Positions 18,398 to 30,789 of a stretch of DNA of 64,000 nucleotides are shown piece by piece (within the stretch, counting starts at the first letter, position 1; each line of letters begins with the position of its first letter). A program made the translations under genes and the position numbers. The stretch is from the human T2T-CHM13v2.0 reference genome, Homo sapiens, in the NCBI RefSeq assembly GCF_009914755.1, contig NC_060928.1; one strand, written 5' to 3'. The notes under the pieces were generated by a model. The model ran no database searches. It had not been told where the DNA came from and was given only the letters and a program-made list of their open reading frames with translations.

Positions 18398-19413
18398 TTA
18401 CAATTTGGCATGTTTTTGCAGTGGCTGGTACTGGTTGTTCCTTTCCATGTTTAGTGCTTCCTTCAGGAGCTCTTTTAGGGCAGGCCTGGTGGTGACAAAA
18501 TCTCTCAGCATTTGCTTGTCTGTAAAGTATTTTATTTCTCCTTCACTTATGAAGCTTAGTTTGGCTGGATATGAAATTCTGGGTTAAAAATTCTTTTCTT
18601 TAAGAATGTTGAATATTGGCCCCCACTCTCTTCTGGCTTGTAGAGTTTCTGCCAAGAGATCTGCTGTTAGTCTGATGGGCTTCCCTTTGTGGGTAACCCG
18701 ACCTTTCTCTCTGGCTGCCCTTAACATTTTTTCCTTCATTTCAACTTTGGTGAATCTGACAATTAAGTGTCTTGGAGTTGCTCTTCTCGAGGAGTATTTT
18801 TGTGGCATTCTCTGTATTTCCTGAATCTGAATGTTGGCCTGCCTTGCTAGATTGGGGGAGTTCCCCTGGATAATATCCTGCAGAGTGTTTTCCAATTTGG
18901 TTCCATTCTCCCCGTCACTTTCAGGTACACCAATGAGACGTAGATTTGGTCTTTTCACATAGTCCCATATATCTTGGAGGCTTTGTTCGTTTCTTTTTAT
19001 TCTTTTTTCTCTAAACTTCTCTTCTCCTTCATTTCATTCATTTGATCTTCCATCACTGATACCCTTTCTTCCAGTTGATTGAATTGGCTACTGAGGCTTG
19101 TGCATTCATCACATGGTTCTTGTGCCATGGTTTTCAGCTCCATCAGGCCCTTTAAGGACTTCTCTGCATTGGTTATTCTAGCTAGCCATTCATCTAATCT
19201 TTTTTCAAGGTTTTTAACTTCTTTGCCATGGGTTTGAACTTCCTCCTTTAGCTCCGAGTAGTTTGACCATCTGAAGCCTTCTTCTTGCAACTCGTCAAAG
19301 TCATTCTCCGTCCAGCTTTGTTCCATTGCTGGTGAGGAGGTGCATTCCTTTGGAGGAGGAGAGGTGCTCTGATTTTTAGAATTTTCAGTTTTCCTGCTCT
19401 GTTTTCTCCCCAT
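18398..19413 (-). pseudogene. L1 ORF1p, disrupted
   Basis: MGRKQSRKTENSKNQS... and KRPNLRLIGVPESDGENGTKLENTLQDII. 1-nt frameshift near 19030 and nonsense codon at 18584-18586. Confidence 0.92.
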
Positions 19414-20712
19414 CTTTGTGGTTTTATCTACTTTTGGTCTTTGATGATGGTGACTTACAGATGTGGTTTTGGTGTGGATGTCCTTTCTGTTTGTTAGTTT
19501 TCCTTCTAACAGTCAGGACTCTCAGCTGCAGGTCTGTTGAATTTTGCTGGAGGTCCACTCCAGACCCTGTTTGCCTGGGTATCAGCAGCAGAGGCTGCAG
19601 AACAACGGATATTGGTGAACAGCAAATGTTGCTGCCTGATTGTTCCTCTGGAAGTTTTGTCTCAGAGGAGTACCCGGCTGTGTGAGGTGTCAGTCTGCCC
19701 CTACTGGGGGGTGCCTCCCAGTTAGGCTACTCGGGGGTCGGGGACCTACTTGAGGAGGCAGTCTGTCCGTTCTCAGATCTCAAGCTGTGTGCTGGGAGAA
19801 CTACTACTCTCTTCAAAGCTGTCAGACAGGGACATTTAAGTCTGCAGAGGTTTCTGCTGCCTTTTGTTTGGCTATGCCCTGCCCACAGAGGTGGAGTCTA
19901 CAGAGGCAGGCAGGCCTCCTTGAGCTGCGGTGGGCTCCACCCAGTTTGAGCTTCCCGGCTGCTTTGTTTACCTACTCAAGCCTTGGCAATGGCAGGTGCC
20001 CCTCCCCCAGCCTCGCTGCCATCTTGTAGTTTGATCTGAGACTGCTGATCAGATTGCTAGCATTGATCAGTGCTAGCAATGAGCGAGGCTCCATGGGCGT
20101 AGGACCCTCTGAGCCATGCGCAGGATACAATCTCCTGGTGTGCCATTTGCTAAGACCATTGGAAAAGCACAGTATTAGGGTGGGAGTGACCTGATTTTTG
20201 AGGTGCCTTCTGTCACCCCTTTCCTTGGCAAGGAAAGGGAATTCCCTGACCCCTTGCACTTCCCAGGTGAGGTGCTGCCTTGCCCTGCTTCGGCTCATGC
20301 TCAGTGTGCTGCACCCACTGTCCTGCACCCACTGTCTGACACTCCCCAGTGAGATGAACCTGGTACCTCAGTTGGAAATGCAGAAATCATTTGTCTTCTG
20401 CATCATTCACACTGGGAGCTGTAGACTGGAGCTGTTCCTTTTCAGCCATCTTGGCTCCACCCCCCCAATCCCTGGTAATTTTCACTCAAATAATCGTTAT
20501 TTGTTTTTATCTTGCCACAATTTTGACCTGCTCACTCAACTCTATTCTGGTCAATTTGGGTTAGGGTGATTGTCCTTTTCACCTCCTCTTGTAAACCCCT
20601 CTTACGATGGCCATTTTCTGCATAGAAGCTCGAAGAGCAGGGGTTTGAGTCAGAAGCTGGCATTCTAGAGACACAGCTTCTAGCACTGGCTCTGCCATTA
20701 ATAGCTTGTATG

Positions 20713-21060
<348 letters not shown>

Positions 21061-21233
21061 TCATTTCAATGGTACCACTTGGCATCAAAGTATGACTTTA
21101 GAAAAGTGTCCAAATGCTTGAGGCAATGGGGAAAAGAATGAGGCACAAATAATGTATATGGAGTGCTCAATCCTATAAACCCGTCAGAGTTGAATTTACA
21201 ATGACCAAAATTGTGGTGCTTAGAATAACTTAC

Positions 21234-21417
21234 CATGCAATCTTTTGTATGGCAGTGTTAAAGCTTTAATTCTCAAAATACTAGTGTGCTGCAGTGATAA
21301 TTATATTTGTGTAAATCAAATCCCAACTACGAGACTACAAACTGTTCTGACTGTGGAAATGGTAAAAGAAGGAATAGGATTTATACATATCATCTTGCAG
21401 TTTGGATTCAGGTGTAC
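21234..21417 (-). pseudogene. Pseudo-exon
   Basis: ttatttgctttaaatag|GT ACA CCT GAA...GCA TG|gtaagt. TPESKLQDDMYKSYSFFYHFHSQNSL* followed by further stops. Confidence 0.5.
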
Positions 21418-22007
21418 CTATATTTAAAGCAAATAAGTTGCACTTAAAAGGAAAACAATCTTGTTTATCTTTGTATGTCTGTGGTGGAGAGCAGCTGTAG
21501 TTGCTTTTCTCTCCCAGGAGCCAACCGTCTCTCCCCATCTGAGGAGTCGGTCAGTGCTTTCAGCCACTCACTGGCTTTTGTGTCTTTCACAAGTTCTGCC
21601 ATGCTCCAAACACGGGCTTGGCAGTTGCCTTTGGGCTTTCTAGAGTTGTTCTTACTAGTAAGGCAGAAAGACCTCTCTTCCCAGCCTACATTTTCAGCTG
21701 TAGATTGAAGTTTTTGTATGGGGTTTCCTTCCCTTGCCATTAAACAAAATGTCTCAATCTATATGTTTTCTCTACTTGCTGAACTACTCCCCCAAAACAT
21801 GCACCCCGAGTTTCCCCACAATAGGGAGCCAGGGTGCTCTGGGCTGTATCTGTGCTTTCACTCAGAGTGCGCTACTCAGGAATCTCTCCAGGGTTGGCCA
21901 GAAAATCTCCATGATGCCAGATCAGGGCTTCTAGAGCTGTCAACCACTGTTGCTCCCTCCTCTCTTCCCGCTCCCTTGCAAATGACACCAGAAAAAGGGT
22001 CTGTTAC

Positions 22008-22299
22008 CACTAGTAGTAGATCCTAGTGTCAAATCCTACATGACAGAAGACATTCCCAATCCCTGGATTTCACTCTAGAAGTTCTGTACAGAGACTTCAT
22101 AACTTATCTGATATTTTCTTCTTCTTTAATTTGTCTTTTGGAAAATCAAGACACTGAAGAAGGTCTGAGACACTCTTGTAGAAGAAGAAGTGTATTTGGT
22201 TCATGATTTAAAGTATCCATCTCTTAAAACTCAGTCCTCAGAAGTTGAAATCACCATGTTTTACAGCACTGATGTAAGTCTATCATTTGTTTGTACTAC
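22008..22299 (-). pseudogene. Possible pseudo-exon
   Basis: cttttacttttgag|VVQTNDRLTSVL*NMVISTSED*...AGTG|gtaaca. Several stops. Confidence 0.3.
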
Positions 22300-22454
22300 C
22301 TCAAAAGTAAAAGGCCTAAGGATCTGGTGACTTTTTAAACTGCTGGAGCCATAAAAACTATTTTTTGTTAAATTGACTGAATTGAAATATAGAATATTAG
22401 CAGTTTAGAGGAAGGTGGAGAATTATATTGGTTAGGACAGTTATACTGGTTACA

Positions 22455-22985
22455 ACAACTTTTGGTTGTAAGTGACAGAGACTCCAAACAAAAAGGACTT
22501 AAGCAAAGAAGTGGTTTACCCACATCACAGAAAGGCAACCACAGAGCTCACTTCAGCATCATCAGGATCCAGGAACGTGAACACCGTCAGGAATCCATCT
22601 GCTCCTTCCCTCCTCTCATCTTGGCCTCTGCCTCAGGCCAGGCTTCTTGCTTACCAGCTCTTGCTCATTTTGGGTAACATGAGGACACATCTTTATGGTT
22701 AGAGTCCCAAAGGAAAAAGATAAACATCCCCGCCACCTTCTGGATGAAAAACCCCAGATCTGGCCCCACTTGGGCTACATGCCCACCACTGGCTTGTCCC
22801 TGTGGTCAAGTAGATGGAATACTTGGAGTGGCTGCCTTACCAGAATGACATGTGCATAGTGGTTGTTGGGATGATGGGGAAAGAAGAGTAGTTTGGCAAA
22901 ACAAGAGTGAGGGCAGGTGCTGTTACCAGCAAAGGAGGAAAGGGTTCTGGGCAGCCCTAAACAGGAGTTATACCGAGAAACAAGA
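22455..22985 (-). mobile_element. Old MLT1 (MaLR) LTR
   Basis: ttggttgtaagtgacagagactccaaacaaaaaggacttaagcaaa is a typical old MLT1 terminus. Confidence 0.55.
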
Positions 22986-23320
22986 TTGGAACTTAGCTCT
23001 GATCTTGCTGTGAATTATAGAATCATGGAAGTTTGAAATATAAGGGTGTGTAGTAGTTATCTAGTTCCACCCTTTACATGTGGAAACTGAGGTACAGAAA
23101 GTTCTAATGATCCTCTTGAGATTACAAACCACAGATATCCCATAGATATAAGTCAAGGACTGTTTGCAGTGATCCTTTACAGCTTGAATTTAACTTCCAG
23201 CTCAATTTTTCATCAGAAACTCATACTGCGTAGATTTCAGTTTCTGTCCATTTCCAGTGTGGCACAAGGGTAAAGGAGACAATATGACAATTAGCATCTA
23301 CCGGACATTTGTCCACTTAC

Positions 23321-23386
23321 CTCATCTGCAGAAAGATTGCTATTGTCTGGCAGTGGAAATGAATTAGCTAATAAAACTCTCAGGAC
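23321..23386 (-). pseudogene. Pseudo-exon, 66 nt, open
   Basis: ctttctattctgttttcgaattcaag|VLRVLLANSFPLPDNSNLSADE|gtaagt, with a consensus GAG|GTAAGT donor. Confidence 0.5.
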
Positions 23387-23415
23387 CTTGAATTCGAAAA
23401 CAGAATAGAAAGATG

Positions 23416-23700
23416 GGCTGGGCTCTGTGGCTTATGCCTGTAATCCTAGCACTTTGGGAGGCCGAGGCAGGATTGCCTGGGGTCAGGAGTTCAAGACCAG
23501 CCTGGGCAACATACAAACACCTTGTCTTTACTTAATTAAAAAAAAAAAAGATGGGCATAGTAGTGCACACCTGTAGTCCCAGTTACTAGGGAGGCTGAGG
23601 CAGAAAGATCACTTGAGCGTGGAAGGTTGAGGCTGCAGTGAGCCAAGATCATGCCTGGGTGACAGATTGAGACCCTGTCTCAATCAATCAATCAATCAAT
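23416..23700 (+). mobile_element. AluJ-like with (TCAA)n tail
   Basis: Alu left and right arms, tail tcaatcaatcaatcaatcaat. Confidence 0.88.
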
Positions 23701-24029
23701 GTAGGTTAATCATATAGAGGACATAAGCTGAAGTATTTAAATTATGTAATAATAAAAAACACTTTATTAACCCTGTCATTACTTCAGTAATTTCAGATTT
23801 GCTTCTAAGTTATCCTTTGTGAGAGAATCGAAAATCAAATGTCCCTAGTAAATAAGTAAGCTTACAAGTTGTTACAAGATTAGTTCTAGCCTATGGAATC
23901 TGTCTTCATGACTTGGTTCTATATCATTTATTTGATTTTTTCAAATAAGTTGAAATGCTGAATACTCTGGCTTGGAGATCCCAGATGTCTCACATGGTAC
24001 ACCAGAAATTCAGGCTTGTTATTGGAATA

Positions 24030-24225
24030 TTTTGAGACAAACAGAACTGAGTTTAAATTCTGGATCTCTCGCGTATTAATTCTGTGACCTTGGGGGATAT
24101 TGCCATGTTCTCATCTATAATATGGACATAAGAGCTATCTGTTAGGATCAATGGAGAACTCAATTAGATTAGACATGAAAAAGTAACTTCCAAGCATTAC
24201 ACCTTAATAAATGTTAGTTTCTTCC
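24030..24225 (+). mobile_element. MIR
   Basis: ctgtgaccttggggga...tctcatctataatatggacataa...taataaatgttagttt. Confidence 0.6.
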
Positions 24226-24924
24226 TCCTTTCTCCTAATCAGGACAAAAAAAGCCATTAGTTAAGTAAAGAATATGTTTGGGAAAAACTATTCTCTCAAA
24301 TCAGGTATCAGCTGAAATTTGAGCTAATGCATGGAGGCAACACCTAATATCTTTTGTATGAAGACAGCAAATTACAATCTTAAAATGTATTTGATACTCT
24401 TTAATAGTGTGCTGTATTTGCTCCAAATAGATCAACTATAAAGTTATTGTGAAATAATAATAGTGGGATAATATGCAATATCTAAAAACACATAGAGAAA
24501 GTAAGAAGTATGGGCAAATGTAGTTGATGGTGATTATTATTGAAGATGTTAGTACTGGTAAAAGGCAAAACAGTCAAGAAGGAATGAGGTAAAGCAGGTT
24601 TCAAGCTGTAAATTATCCTGACTCCATAGGCAGGAAAACAGCAGGTGAAACGTACATAATGTGGTGACTTGGAATGGGTAATCATCCTACTCATAACCAT
24701 TGGTCGGGGTAACCTCCTGAGTCTGTCTTTGCTGAAGTGATTCTGATGATAATAAAATGTTCCTTGAGGTACCTGAGGGGCACTCTGGTAAGGCTGTTGG
24801 GTTGGCAGATAGAAACAGGCCTGCAGAGTGCAGAAGAGCCTGGTCTAGGCCAAAGATCAAGGTTCAGACATATCAGCTACAGTCATGAATGGACACCATC
24901 CTTGAAGACAGTCACTGCACACAC

Positions 24925-25049
24925 CTCTCTTGGGATTGCAGTCAGTATCATAAAGCTGAAAACAACTGCTATTGATTACTGTGCAGAGCCCCAGGCTGGA
25001 GAAGGTCTCCATATCTGCAGAATGGATTGTAAGCACATCGTTCTACATC
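24925..25049 (-). pseudogene. Pseudo-exon
   Basis: ccccctatttgttcctgtctttcag|G M*NDVLTIHSADMETFSSLGLCTVINSSCFQLYDTDCNPKR G|gtgtgt. Confidence 0.45.
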
Positions 25050-25656
25050 CTGAAAGACAGGAACAAATAGGGGGCAATGCTAGACCCCTTGCCATCTAGT
25101 CTGAAGTCAAACAATTGTTCACGAAAAAGGAAAGCTTTACATCTTAGGTCCGGGTGGCAGGAAAAGAAAAGATTGTCTTGAAAACTAAATGGATATCAAA
25201 TATAGGAAGGCTGTTTATAATAGTCACAGAGATTATGTTGGGGAAATGAGGAAGGAGAGAAGTATAGAGAGTGAGGAATGTGTGGCTTCTTCCAGAGAGA
25301 GGTGTTGCCCCCACTTCACTTATTTATTCTGCTTTCTTGTCACTTGTATTTGATCACTCAGAGAGCAGAGATTTCATCTAAATTGAGCTGCTCTCACCTT
25401 TTAGGGCCATGTTACTTGAAGTAGTTAATATGTTTATGAATAATGTCTTGTGACAGCCTTTTAAGTCACATTCCAGGCCCCCTGTATCACCTCGATAATC
25501 ACACACCTGTTGGTGTGACTCACGCAGCATGCACCCTCTCCGAGGCTGTCGCAGGCTTCTCTTTAAACAGCCTCCATGGCCATCTGCCTCTGTGCTGATA
25601 TGATGGTGCCATAAAACACGGTGGTGTCTGGAGCTCCTGCTCCCCTCCCCACCTAC

Positions 25657-26155
25657 CATCCAGCCCAGTCTCTGCAGCTTCCAGGACTGTCTGGCAGGTG
25701 CTCCACCTTCACACAGTTGGCCCAACCTGTGGCTGAGGAGGGCAAGGGCTCGGCTGGAGTCAGTGAAGTCAGTGCCCCCTGCCTTGGCTTCAGTGCCTGG
25801 TTTAGAAGTTTTATTACGCAGCAATGGTGTGGCTCAGGGGTTTGGGAAAGGGATGGTAAAGGATGCCTCAGGGTCTCATGCTGAGCCTGGGTGTCTGCCC
25901 ACTTCGGCCAAAGTCCAGCCCTGCTGGGTAATAGCTGGATATTATTAGCAGTTGCAGGAGGCTGTGTAAAGAAGGAATAGTGAAATAAAACTGAAGGCTC
26001 CATGCACATCCTGGTGAACAAGTGTCTTCCTATATCTAATAATATTCTCACACATGTCAGGCACAACAGAGAAGCCAAAAATAAAATTGCTTTGGGAACC
26101 ATAGTTTCTTTTTCCCGGGGTGGAGGCCACGTTATAGGAAGAAAATGTGATGGCT
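25657..26155 (-). pseudogene. Possible large pseudo-exon (172-codon open frame)
   Basis: tttgtttgtttctctag acceptor at 26156-26157, TG|gtaggt donor at 25655-25656, ORF 25653-26171 in non-repeat DNA. Confidence 0.4.
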
Positions 26156-26406
26156 CTAGAGAAACAAACAAACTTACTTAATGCAAGTTCACATTGATTA
26201 CAGTTAGATGACTCCTGTAAATCACTAAGTAAATTTTAATAAACTACTGCTGGAATATAAATTGCCTGATGAGATTCCTAGTTTCGAAGTACTACTTTGG
26301 TATTTTTGCCAAACTTGATAAATCTCTAATTTGCTCATGTTAAATCACAGACGGTTCTGAGAACTACACTTTCCCTGATGCTCTTTGGTCTTGGATCTAC
26401 GTATAC

Positions 26407-26557
26407 CTGTCCTGGACACAGCGGGTTATCCGAGAGGTTTTCTTTCACCATGTCCACTGTATCAATGATGTCCATTTCTGATTTACTTTTATGAAAGACG
26501 GAATGCTGCATCTGATCCATTATGTACTATTCGCAGGCAAATTCTAATGATAACGAC
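26407..26557 (-). pseudogene. Pseudo-exon
   Basis: catatacacattttag|G SLSLEFACE*YIMDQMQHSVFHKSKSEMDIIDTVDMVKENLSDNPLCPGQ|gtatac. CpG-retaining, with a single TAG. The frame continues to 26335, so the donor is uncertain. Confidence 0.55.
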
Positions 26558-26964
26558 CTAAAATGTGTATATGTATATTTCTTGTAATTCTAGGCTAAGT
26601 CTATTAAAGTATTGATATTATTGTTGTTTTAGTGCTTTTCATGATATATTGGAAATTTCACTGTTTTCATAATCTTGTTTGCTCTGCAAGTACCCCTTTT
26701 ACTCAGAGGTAGTTACAATGTAGGAAAAAGAATATATTTAAAATACCAATAGTAGTTATTTCTGGATTAAGCTGGAGACTACAGGTGACTTTTATTTTCT
26801 TTTGTCTTTCTGTATGTGCTAAAAATTTCCACAATAAGAATAGTTTATATTTGCTAAGTGTTTTCTCTAGGCCAAGCTCAGTGCTAAGTTTTTAATGTTC
26901 TTTATTACATAATATCTTCACAATAGCCCCATAAGAGAGGTCCTATTATTATCTTCACTTTACA

Positions 26965-27117
26965 CTTTTTTAAAAAAATCTTCCTTTTTTTCCTTTTTGT
27001 GGAGAGTGGGGTCTCACTATGTTGCCCAGGCATGTCTGGGACTCCTGGGCTCAAGTGATCCTCCTGCCTGTGTCTCCAGAAGTGCTGGGAATATAGGTTT
27101 GAGCCACCATGCTCAGT
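26965..27117 (-). mobile_element. Alu left monomer (FLAM) inside a MIR (~26850-27215)
   Basis: Single reverse Alu arm, with MIR sequence on both sides. Confidence 0.8.
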
Positions 27118-27222
27118 CATCCTCACTTTCCACATGAAGCTGAAAGAATTTAAATAAATTACTCATAAGTGGTGGGTCCAGAATTCAAACCCATGTATAT
27201 CTGATTCAAAACTTAGGTTATT

Positions 27223-27348
27223 GGCTGGGTGTGGTGGTGCACACTTGTAGTCCTAGCTATTTGGAAGGTTAAGGCAAGAGGATCCCTTGAGCCTAAGAGT
27301 TTGAGTTCAGCCTGGGCAACATAGTGAGAATCCGTCTCTTAAAAAAAG
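27223..27348 (+). mobile_element. FLAM Alu monomer
   Basis: ggctgggtgtggtggtgcacacttgtagtcctagct...gcaacatagtgagaatccgtctcttaaaa. Confidence 0.85.
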
Positions 27349-27397
27349 AACTTAAGCTACTAACCTCTGTGCCAAACTTTATTTCTTTGGTAATCAG

Positions 27398-27400
<3 letters not shown>

Positions 27401-27434
<34 letters not shown>
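27401..27434. repeat. (CA)17 microsatellite
   Basis: Perfect CA run. Confidence 0.95.
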
Positions 27435-27436
<2 letters not shown>

Positions 27437-27560
27437 TTTGTTCTAAAAATAATAAACATAAATATTTAGCATATAACTTGCATTACAAATATTAAATGTG
27501 CACTTGCATGTCTAGGCATATATGCCAAGGTTAACCTAACAGCAGGTTAAGAAAGAAAAA

Positions 27561-27910
<350 letters not shown>

Positions 27911-28099
27911 TTAATTGAATTGAGGCTCATCATTTTAAATCAGCTTTAAAATATTATTTGATCATGATGTTCACTTCTATGAAATTTAGAATACATTAGA
28001 AAAAGAGAATTAGGAAACAGAAATTATTCAAATAATGAAAAATAAATCTTTAATGACAATGTCAATTGGGTTGTTTTTGCTTTTTTTGTTTTGTTTTGT

Positions 28100-28560
28100 T
28101 GCCTGAAGAAGTCTGCAGGAAGATTAAACCACAGTTTTGAAATAAAGGAAGAACTCTGGTGTGGTTAGTGGGAGCAGCTGTTCTCCAATCTCAAACCACA
28201 TCTGGAATATTATGTTTAATGCTGGGTACCACATTTTAAAGAGAGACTTGATCAACTGCAGTGTATTAGATATGGGTGAACATGATGGGGTGTACCCAGA
28301 AACAGCAACATATGAGTTACAGTTGCAGAAATTGGTTGCTCCAGGGAAAAGGCATAAGGGCGAGGAAAGATCTGGGTCCAAAGCTGTGAAGATCTGTAAT
28401 ACTGGAGAGAGCTTGGCCTTGTCCTGTATCACGCCAGAAGCCAAGAAGCCAGAACTAAGACCAGTGAGGTCAGATGTGAGTTTAATATAAAAAGAAATTT
28501 AGAGCTTCATAGAATAGGCTGCAAGTAGACTAATGAAGTTCCCTGGGATTAGTCAAGCAG
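28100..28560 (+). mobile_element. L3/CR1 LINE fragment
   Basis: ccacatctggaatattatgtttaatgctgggtaccacattttaaagagagacttgatcaactg matches the CR1/L3 ORF2 PHLEYCVQFWAPHFKRDIDKL region. Confidence 0.7.
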
Positions 28561-28999
28561 AAACAAAAATGTCTAGTTCTTCTTATTATGGTGGAGCTTA
28601 TTGATAGCTTAGATGGTGGAGGTTTCTTAGTTAATTTTAAAGAAATGGCAGGCAACTTATTTCAGGGAATGCTTTTAGGTTTTTTTTTTTTCTTAAATCA
28701 GAAACTAGATACAGTTTATATAATCTTTTTGCCCTCTTCTGCCACAAGTATTTATTCTTTTGTTCAATAAATATGTCTTCAAAATTCTATGCCATTGTTC
28801 TGCCTTCTGGAAACGTACTATCAAGCATAAAATTTCCCCCTTTTCATACTTGTTTATTTAACACAGTTCACTAGGCGAAAATAGAGGAGGGGAGGAAAAA
28901 AATCCCACACATCTTTGAAAATGACTAGATAATTTTTTAGACAATTTTGAACAGATAATATGAGAACTGGACCTCTTTTTAGTAAAATTTTAATGTCCT

Positions 29000-29178
29000 A
29001 TATGACGTTGAGTAAGTTAAGTTACTTAAGTTCTCTGTGCCTCAGTTTCTTCATCAGTAAAATGGATATAAAAACTCTTGCCTCATGGCTCTTACGGGAA
29101 TTAACAAGTTAATGTTTGCTTGGTTCTTTGAGGTCCTTGGATGAAAGGTGTTATATAAATACTAGGTATCATTATTAA
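29000..29178 (+). mobile_element. MIR
   Basis: gttacttaagttctctgtgcctcagtttcttcatcagtaaaatgga core. Confidence 0.75.
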
Positions 29179-29587
29179 CATTTAATTACTGTATCTATAC
29201 TTATGATACTAAGTGTCCCAAGTAACAAAAGCTGTTACAGGCCACAGAAAAGCTTTCACAGGCTGCTTCCCAAGTATCTATGAAGACGTAAGCTAGAATT
29301 ACCAAGAGATCTTTGTGTCAGCTGAAATAAGAGATCTCATTGTCAGCTTAAAAACTGCAGTCTTATGAGTTCAAATTGATATTTAGCTATAGATTCAAAA
29401 GATGCCTTTTAAAGCATTTTTGCTGTCTTCAAACTAGTTTTTATTACTACTTTTAAACTAGGTAATTTTGGAAACTTCAAATTATTTCATTTGAATAAAT
29501 TCTCAGTAGAACCTTCTTAATATTTGCATATGCTAAATGTGGTAGTTTTTGTAGTAGTTTTGTGGTAGTCTTGTGAACAGCAGTTTT

Positions 29588-29897
29588 GATTGTTGTTGTT
29601 GTTTTTGAGACAGAGTCTCGCTCTGTCTCCCAGGCTGGAGTGCAGTGGTGTGATCTCGGCTCACTACAACGTTGCTCTGCCTCCTGGGTTCAAGGGATTC
29701 TTCTGCCTCAGCCTCCCAAGTAGCTGGGATTACAGGTGCCCACTACCATGCCCGGCTACTTTTTGTATTTTTAGTAGAGATGGGGTTTCACCATGTTGGC
29801 CAGGCTGGTCTCGAATTCCTGACCTCCAGTATGATCCGCCTGCCTTGGCCTCCCAAAGTGCTGAGATTACAGGCGTGGGCCACTGTGCCCACCCGGC
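29588..29897 (-). mobile_element. AluS
   Basis: Full Alu, 16-bp TSD TGTGAACAGCAGTTTT at 29572-29587 and 29898-29913. Confidence 0.93.
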
Positions 29898-30213
29898 TGT
29901 GAACAGCAGTTTTTATCCTTAACATAGGAAGAACACATAACATTGGCCATTGATCATGGTGAAGAAATCAAGATTGCTTTGTTTCTTCCTTTCTTCTACT
30001 ATTCATAGCTCATGGCTTTAACATCCTGCCTGACTCTTCTCACTCCATTCCTTGTAATTATCAAAAAATGCAGAAGTTAGCAGGGAATTGGAAAGACAGG
30101 GGTCCTTTTTTGATCTCAGATGACATATATAAAAGACAAACTTTTAGACAAAAGAAAAAAACAAATTCAGAAAAAGGAGCAATGCTGAGCTCTTGTGCAG
30201 CCCAGCATTATTA

Positions 30214-30737
30214 TTATTTTTTTAAATTACACTTTAAGTTTTAGGGTACATGTGCACAAAGTGCAGGTTTGTTACATATGTATACACGTGCCATGTTGGT
30301 GTGCTGCACCCATTAACTCGTCATTTACATTAGGTATATCTCCTAATGCTATCCCTCCCCCCTCCCCCCACCCCACAACAGGCCCCGGTGTGTGATGTTC
30401 CCCTTCCTGTGTCCAAGTGTTCTCATTGTTCAATTCCCACCTGTGAGTGAGAACATGTGGTGTTTGGTTTTTTGTCCTTGCGATAGTTTGCTGAGAATGA
30501 TGGTTTCCAGCTTCATCCATGTCCATACAAAGGACATGAACTCATCCTTTTTTATGGCTGCATAGTATTCCATGGTGTATATGTGCCACATTTTCTTAAT
30601 CCAGTCTATCATTGATGGACATTTGGGTTGGTTCCAAGTCTTTGCTATTGTGAATAGTGCCACAATAAACATACGTGTGCATGTGTCTTTATAGCAGCAT
30701 GATTTATAGTCCTTTGGGTATATACCCAGTAATGCGA
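30214..30737 (-). mobile_element. L1PA4-like 3' end, 5'-truncated (~520 bp)
   Basis: L1 3'UTR and ORF2 end. TSD TGCAGCCCAGCATTATTA at 30196-30213 and 30738-30755. Confidence 0.95.
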
Positions 30738-30789
30738 TGCAGCCCAGCATTATTACCTACATATCGGTTTCCAGATGAGTGATAGAAGA

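Noticed and set aside
25770-25790. CTCF-like motif (ggcagggggcact on minus)
   Set aside because: Lacks the conserved CC of the core, so it is too weak to call.
28161-28490. 109-aa plus ORF
   Set aside because: Explained by a decayed L3/CR1 fragment.
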